From: Candidatus Omnitrophota bacterium
Lineage (GTDB): Bacteria; Omnitrophota; Gorgyraeia; Gygaellales; Profunditerraquicolaceae
Length of the DNA stretch: 64,000 nt
Direction: 5' to 3'
NCBI GenBank assembly: GCA_041308845.1
Contig: JBFZAT010000002.1
Span: 566-64,565, forward strand
Shown: positions 58,862 to 64,000 of the stretch, piece after piece
Layout of the letters: every line of letters begins with the position of its first letter
Position numbering within the stretch: the first letter of the stretch is position 1
Translations under genes and position numbers: made by a program
The notes under the pieces: model-generated
What the model was told of the DNA's origin: nothing
The model's database searches: none
Seen by the model: only the letters and a program-made list of their open reading frames with translations

Positions 58862-58865
58862 ACTG

Positions 58866-59717
58866 ATGAGAGCTATAAAATTAGCCAAAGATTGCAATTA
58901 TATTGCAGCTTTCTTAACTTTTGCCTGTAATTTAAAATGCGTTTACTGTATAAATAACTTCGAGCGTAAATTAACTAAACGGAGAATTATCTCCGGTTAC
59001 GATTTTGTTTCCGGGCTAAACCGGATTAATTCCCGGGAAGATTTACCGGTAACCCTGCAGGGTGGCGAGCCGACATTACACCCCGATTTCTATTACATTG
59101 TTAATAATCTAAAACCGGAATTGAACCTTGATTTATTAACTAATTTGCAGTTTAATGTAAGCGAATTTATTAAGCAGATTAATCCCCGGCGGATGCAAAG
59201 AAAAGCTCCTTATGCTTCGATCAGGGTTAGTTATCATCCCGGACAGATGAAACTGGGGCAGTTGATCGCTAAAACACTAAAACTACTGGATGCTAATTTC
59301 AGTGTGGGGGTCTGGGGAGTTTTGCATCCGGCTTACCGGAAGATAATGCTCACCGCTCAGGAAAAATGTCAAAAATTGAACATAGATTTCCGGTTAAAAG
59401 ATTTTTTGGGTGAACACTCCGGAAAGTTATATGGAATTTATAAGTACTCCGGAGCTTGCGATAAAAAATTTAACCGAAAAGTGAAATGCCGTTCTAGCGA
59501 GCTGCTCATTGATAGCCAGGGAGATGTATTCGGCTGCCACGCTGACCTTTATGCCCAGAGGCATAAGCTAGGCAGTATTCTCGACCCCGATTTTAAAACA
59601 GAAAATAAATTCAGAGATTGTGCGCACTTTGGGCACTGTAATCCCTGCGACATTAAAATTAAAACTAACCGGTTCCAACAGTACGGGCATACTTCGGTGG
59701 AAATTAAATCACTATAA
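58866..59717 (+). CDS. radical SAM enzyme with SPASM-like C-terminal Cys-rich domain, #5
   Basis: FACNLKCVYC plus the C-terminal GCHAD...CAHFGHCNPC cysteine cluster. Confidence 0.7.
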   Translation: MRAIKLAKDCNYIAAFLTFACNLKCVYCINNFERKLTKRRIISGYDFVSGLNRINSREDLPVTLQGGEPTLHPDFYYIVNNLKPELNLDLLTNLQFNVSEFIKQINPRRMQRKAPYASIRVSYHPGQMKLGQLIAKTLKLLDANFSVGVWGVLHPAYRKIMLTAQEKCQKLNIDFRLKDFLGEHSGKLYGIYKYSGACDKKFNRKVKCRSSELLIDSQGDVFGCHADLYAQRHKLGSILDPDFKTENKFRDCAHFGHCNPCDIKIKTNRFQQYGHTSVEIKSL

Positions 59718-59781
59718 TTAAGGCCGGCGTATTCAACGGTATTAGCAGAGCCAGGTAGAGACATAGATATCAAAAATCGAC

Positions 59782-62583
59782 ATGGAAAAGAAAAGTGAAA
59801 ATATAATTATTCGCGGAGCCAGGGAGAATAACCTGAAGAATATTAATTTGGATTTACCGCGCAATAAATTGATTGTAGTGACCGGTTTATCCGGATCCGG
59901 AAAATCTAGTTTAGTCTTCGATACTATTTATGCGGAAGGTCAGCGTAGATTTGTGGAGAGCCTTTCCAGTTATGCCCGGCAGTTTTTAGCGCAACTGCAA
60001 AAACCAGATATAGACTTTATCTCTGGGTTATCTCCGGCGATTGCTATTGAGCAGCGCTCTGCCGGAGGGAATCCCCGCTCTACGGTGGCTACGCAAACTG
60101 AAATTTATGATTATTTGAGATTACTATTTGCTAGAATCGGTAAAGTTTTTTGTTACCGGTGCGGCCGCCCCATTCAAAGCCAGACTGCGCAGGAAATTGT
60201 GCAGACGATTATCGATCTCCATTTAGATAAGGACATACAAATATTTGCACCGGTGATTCAAGGGCAAAAAGGACAGCACAAGGAAGTTTTTCTGCAGATA
60301 CAGAAATCCGGTTTTGTGCGCTGTCGGGTGGACGGCAAACTTTACGAGTTACCAGTAAACATTAAATTAGCTAAATATAAAATTCATAAGATTGAAGTAT
60401 TGGTAGACCGTTTAAGAGTTGTGCCGGATTCTTTTAAAAGGCTTACCGATTCTATCGAAACGGCTCTTAAAGTCGGTTCCGGCACAATCATAATTTGCGC
60501 CGGTTCATCGGGTGACGCTGTTTTTAGCGAACAGTATGCCTGTTTAAATTGCGGCATCAGTTATGGAGAAATCCAGCCAAGGAATTTTTCCTTTAATTCT
60601 CCCTATGGGGCATGTTCTGACTGTAATGGCTTAGGTACAAAGTTGGAATTTGATCCAGATTTAATTATCCCGGATAAGTCTAAGAGTATTAATGGCGGAG
60701 CTTTAATTCCTTGGAAGCGCGGCGGAAGGGGGTATATTCTTTATTACCGTTGGTTAATCCGAGAGCTTAGCTATCGTTTAAAGTTTGATTTAGATATGCC
60801 TTTTAGAAAACTACCTAGACCCGTACAAAAGGCAATTTTTTATGGGACTACAGAAGTTATTGGTAACAAGCCTTTTGAAGGGGTTATTCCGCATTTAGAA
60901 AGATTATTTCATCAAACCGACAGCGATTACCTGAAAGAAGAGATTAGTAAATTTATGTCCACCCTTTGTTGTCCGGTATGCAAAGGTGCCAGGTTGAAAC
61001 CAGAGAGTCTGGCGGTCAGAATTAACCAGAAAAATATCTGGCAGATTGCTGCAATGTCAATTAAAGAAGCTTTGGTTTTTTTCTCGGGCCTGTATTTAAC
61101 CGAAGAAGAAAAGTTAGTTAGCTATCAGGCGCTTAAGGAAATTATCCAAAAGTTAAAATTCTGTGTCGACGTGGGCCTGGATTATTTAGCTTTAGATCGA
61201 AAAAGCTCTACGCTTTCCGGAGGAGAAGCGCAGCGGATCCGCTTGGCGACACAAGTAGGTTCTGGTTTAGTCGGGGTGTTGTATGTTTTAGATGAACCTA
61301 GTATCGGTTTACATCAGCGGGATAATGTGCAGTTGCTGGCGACCCTAAAAGCATTGAGGGATCTGGGCAATACTTTGGTAGTGGTAGAGCATGATGCGGC
61401 TACGATACTGGCGGCAGATTATGTCGTAGATTTAGGCCCGGGTGCAGGTAGATATGGAGGAGAGGTAATTTTTTCTGGAACACAGGAAGCGCTTTTAAAA
61501 AATCAGGATTCGTTAACGGGGAAATATTTGCGCAAGGAGCTTTGTATTCCGGTACCGGTAAATCGGCGTGCTTGGCGGATGAATAAATACATTCAAATTA
61601 AGGGCGCCCGCGAACATAATCTTAAAGGTATTGATTTATCTTTTCCGCTGGGTACATTTATTTGTGTGACCGGAGTTTCTGGTTCAGGTAAATCTACTTT
61701 GATTAGCGATATTCTCTATCCGGCATTAGCGCAGAGGATTTATAAGAGTAAAATAAAACCTGGAGCTTTTGAATCGATCCACGGTAGCCAGGAAATTGAT
61801 CAAGTAATTGTAGTGGATCAATCTCCGATCGGGAGAACTCCGCGTTCTAATCCGGCTACTTATACAGGGGTCTTTGGTCAGATCAGAGAGATTTTTGCAC
61901 TCCTGCCGGAGGCCCGCTTACGCGGTTATAAGCCCGGGCGTTTTTCGTTTAACGTTAAAGGAGGACGCTGTGAGGCTTGTGGCGGGGACGGAATTAAGAA
62001 AATCGAAATGCATTTCCTCCCGGATGTATATGTAAAATGTGATTTATGCAAAGGGTTACGCTTTAATCAGGCGACTTTGGAAGTAAGATATAAAGGTAAA
62101 TCCATCGCGGATGTTTTGAACCTTTCGGTGGAGGAAGCCAGAGAGTTTTTTAGTCATTTACCAAAAATAAAGAATATTTTAGGGTATTTATATGATGTGG
62201 GTTTAGGCTACCTTAAACTCGGCCAGAGCGCCACTACCCTTTCTGGAGGAGAAGCGCAAAGAGTAAAACTTTCCACTGAACTTTGTAAGCGTTCAACCGG
62301 CAGGACGCTTTATTTACTGGATGAACCGACTACTGGTCTGCACTTTGCTGATGTTGCCCGGTTGATTTCGGTTTTACAGAAATTGGTTGACCGCAAGAAT
62401 ACGGTGGTCGTAGTTGAACATAACCTGGAAGTTATTAAATGCGCTGATTATATTATTGATTTAGGCCCGGAGGGGGGAGATCGCGGTGGGCAGTTAGTCG
62501 CTGCTGGTAGCCCGGAAGAATTAATCCAGAACGATTTGTCTTACACTGCTAAATTTCTCAGAGAGGTTTTAACCGTTAAGTGA
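59782..62583 (+). CDS. uvrA: excinuclease ABC subunit A
   Basis: 933 aa; two ABC ATPase modules (GLSGSGKSS, GVSGSGKST, LSGGEAQR x2) and zinc-finger Cys pairs. Confidence 0.95.
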   Translation: MEKKSENIIIRGARENNLKNINLDLPRNKLIVVTGLSGSGKSSLVFDTIYAEGQRRFVESLSSYARQFLAQLQKPDIDFISGLSPAIAIEQRSAGGNPRSTVATQTEIYDYLRLLFARIGKVFCYRCGRPIQSQTAQEIVQTIIDLHLDKDIQIFAPVIQGQKGQHKEVFLQIQKSGFVRCRVDGKLYELPVNIKLAKYKIHKIEVLVDRLRVVPDSFKRLTDSIETALKVGSGTIIICAGSSGDAVFSEQYACLNCGISYGEIQPRNFSFNSPYGACSDCNGLGTKLEFDPDLIIPDKSKSINGGALIPWKRGGRGYILYYRWLIRELSYRLKFDLDMPFRKLPRPVQKAIFYGTTEVIGNKPFEGVIPHLERLFHQTDSDYLKEEISKFMSTLCCPVCKGARLKPESLAVRINQKNIWQIAAMSIKEALVFFSGLYLTEEEKLVSYQALKEIIQKLKFCVDVGLDYLALDRKSSTLSGGEAQRIRLATQVGSGLVGVLYVLDEPSIGLHQRDNVQLLATLKALRDLGNTLVVVEHDAATILAADYVVDLGPGAGRYGGEVIFSGTQEALLKNQDSLTGKYLRKELCIPVPVNRRAWRMNKYIQIKGAREHNLKGIDLSFPLGTFICVTGVSGSGKSTLISDILYPALAQRIYKSKIKPGAFESIHGSQEIDQVIVVDQSPIGRTPRSNPATYTGVFGQIREIFALLPEARLRGYKPGRFSFNVKGGRCEACGGDGIKKIEMHFLPDVYVKCDLCKGLRFNQATLEVRYKGKSIADVLNLSVEEAREFFSHLPKIKNILGYLYDVGLGYLKLGQSATTLSGGEAQRVKLSTELCKRSTGRTLYLLDEPTTGLHFADVARLISVLQKLVDRKNTVVVVEHNLEVIKCADYIIDLGPEGGDRGGQLVAAGSPEELIQNDLSYTAKFLREVLTVK

Positions 62584-64000
62584 AAATAAAAATTATCCTT
62601 GCATTGATCCTGATTTTTTCGATTACCTCTCTGAGCATAGCGATTGAGAACGTGAAGGAGGAAGAGTTATTGTTTATGGCTAAGAAGGCATATGAAGATG
62701 GATTTTATGAAGTCAGTCTAGGAATGCTAGAAAGGTTCCGTAGAGATTTTCCCAATGCTCCCAAAGCTTTTCAAGCTACTCTTTTAAGCGGGCAATGTTA
62801 TTTTTATCAAGGTCGTTATCTTGAGGCATTAAATGTTTTTGAGGCGTTAGCTAATAATCCCGTTACTGGAAGTTTTCGGGATGCAATTGACTTTTGGACA
62901 GCTGAAGTGCACTTTAAAGGGAACAATTTCGCTAAGGCCATTCAGCTTTACCAGAAATTAATTTCGAATTTCCCCCAGTCTTCATTTATTCCTGCGGCCT
63001 ATTATTCTTTGGGCTGGTCGTTCTTCCAACTTGGTAAATATAACCAGGCCCGGGAGATTTTTACTGATTTGATGGAAAAGTTCCCCCGGGAACCTCAAAG
63101 CCAGGAAGCCGCTTTTAAATTAATTGAATGTTTTTACAATCTCAAAGAATACGCAGAATTAAAGGTTAAAATAAAGCCGGTTTTCAAAATTTTTAGCAAT
63201 GATGTTTTAAGGCTACCGTATTTATATTTTTATTTGGCTGAATCTGAATACTATTTAGATAATCTCGAAGAAGCAGTGAAAAGTTATTTAAAATCCGCTC
63301 AAACTTCTCAAGATCCGAAAGTTCAAGTTTTAGCCAGGTTAGGGCTGGGCTGGTCTTATCTTAAACTAAAAAAATATAAAGAAGCCGAAGAAATATTAAT
63401 GGATATTAAGCTAGAAAGTTTAGAGCCAAAAAGCATAGAAATTCTTTTACTAGGCCAGGCTGTATTGATGTCTACGACTGAGCGGTTTAATCAGGCTAAA
63501 CCATTATATGAACAGCTGGTGTTGTTAAGTGCCGATCCTTTAATTGCCTTCCAGGGGTATCTAGGGCAAGCCGATGCACATTTCTATCTAGGCGAATATC
63601 CGCAGGCTGTTCGTTTTTATCAGGCTGCTCTAAGTGTTATTGGCCAGCAAGGGGTCCAGGAAAATCTGCCTGGAGAGTTAATTGATAAATTATATTATAA
63701 TTTAGGGTTGGCTTATCTTAAGCAGGGGCAGATTGATGCTAGTGCGGATATTTTAAAACGGATTACCCGTAAAGAGGGGCAGATAGCCCAGGCCGGTATG
63801 CTTTTTCAGGTCGGCCTGGCTTATGAAGAAGCCGGTGAATTAGCAAAGGCAGAGGAGGTTTATAACAAAATTATTAACTCTTACCCGGATTTCTGTAACG
63901 CCGACTATGTATATTATCAATCTGCTCTACTGCAATTAAAGAAACAAAATTATACTGCCGCAGTATTTAATCTAAATTCCATGTTAGATAAATTTCCTCG
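62580..64000 (+). CDS. secreted TPR-repeat protein (partial; continues past window end)
   Basis: Open frame from GTG 62580 to the window edge with no stop. N-terminal signal-like KIKIILALILIFSITSLSIA followed by many TPR-like units (AxxxLGxxYxxxxxYxxA). Confidence 0.55.
   Translation, partial: MKIKIILALILIFSITSLSIAIENVKEEELLFMAKKAYEDGFYEVSLGMLERFRRDFPNAPKAFQATLLSGQCYFYQGRYLEALNVFEALANNPVTGSFRDAIDFWTAEVHFKGNNFAKAIQLYQKLISNFPQSSFIPAAYYSLGWSFFQLGKYNQAREIFTDLMEKFPREPQSQEAAFKLIECFYNLKEYAELKVKIKPVFKIFSNDVLRLPYLYFYLAESEYYLDNLEEAVKSYLKSAQTSQDPKVQVLARLGLGWSYLKLKKYKEAEEILMDIKLESLEPKSIEILLLGQAVLMSTTERFNQAKPLYEQLVLLSADPLIAFQGYLGQADAHFYLGEYPQAVRFYQAALSVIGQQGVQENLPGELIDKLYYNLGLAYLKQGQIDASADILKRITRKEGQIAQAGMLFQVGLAYEEAGELAKAEEVYNKIINSYPDFCNADYVYYQSALLQLKKQNYTAAVFNLNSMLDKFP

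Noticed and set aside
1-64000. Prophage, integron or IS element
   Set aside because: No integrase, transposase, recombinase or phage structural homologue was recognised. The only mobile-element-like signals are the short non-coding repeats reported above.

Overview
Low-GC bacterial chromosome segment in which every credible gene, about 70, lies on the + strand. It opens with the tail of an rRNA operon: a partial 23S 3' end and a 5S rRNA with its terminator. After that come housekeeping and biosynthetic genes. In order these are a DUF2905 membrane protein, a PilZ protein, the YjeF_N epimerase, phosphoketolase (xfp), an Smr protein, two tandem cold-shock genes, a TMTC-like TPR membrane protein, DAHP synthase, pgi, dus and recG. 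Next is the conserved rsmD-coaD-yceD-rpmF-plsX-fabHDG-acpP-fabF cluster, which runs directly into leuCDB. Then follow asd, truA, rplM-rpsI, a complete argCJBDF-argG-argH set and lysA-dapF-dapA-dapB-dapL-folK-panC-nadX. The most unusual region is a tightly overlapping 14-gene operon of about 15 kb (44.9-59.7 kb). It holds five radical-SAM enzymes, two with B12-binding domains and three with SPASM/twitch-like C-terminal Cys clusters, plus an orphan TPP-dependent E1 alpha/beta pair, GT9 and GT2 glycosyltransferases and several polytopic membrane proteins, one with a YfhO-like C-terminus. It is preceded by a very basic small protein built from a tandem internal repeat, and followed by uvrA and a partial TPR protein. 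I also found two dispersed intergenic repeat families: about 70-nt imperfect palindromes in four copies, and a roughly 117-nt element with 10-bp terminal inverted repeats in two copies. A 16-nt inverted fragment of the 5S sequence lies downstream of the 5S gene. No CRISPR array, tRNA, transposase or integrase was recognised.
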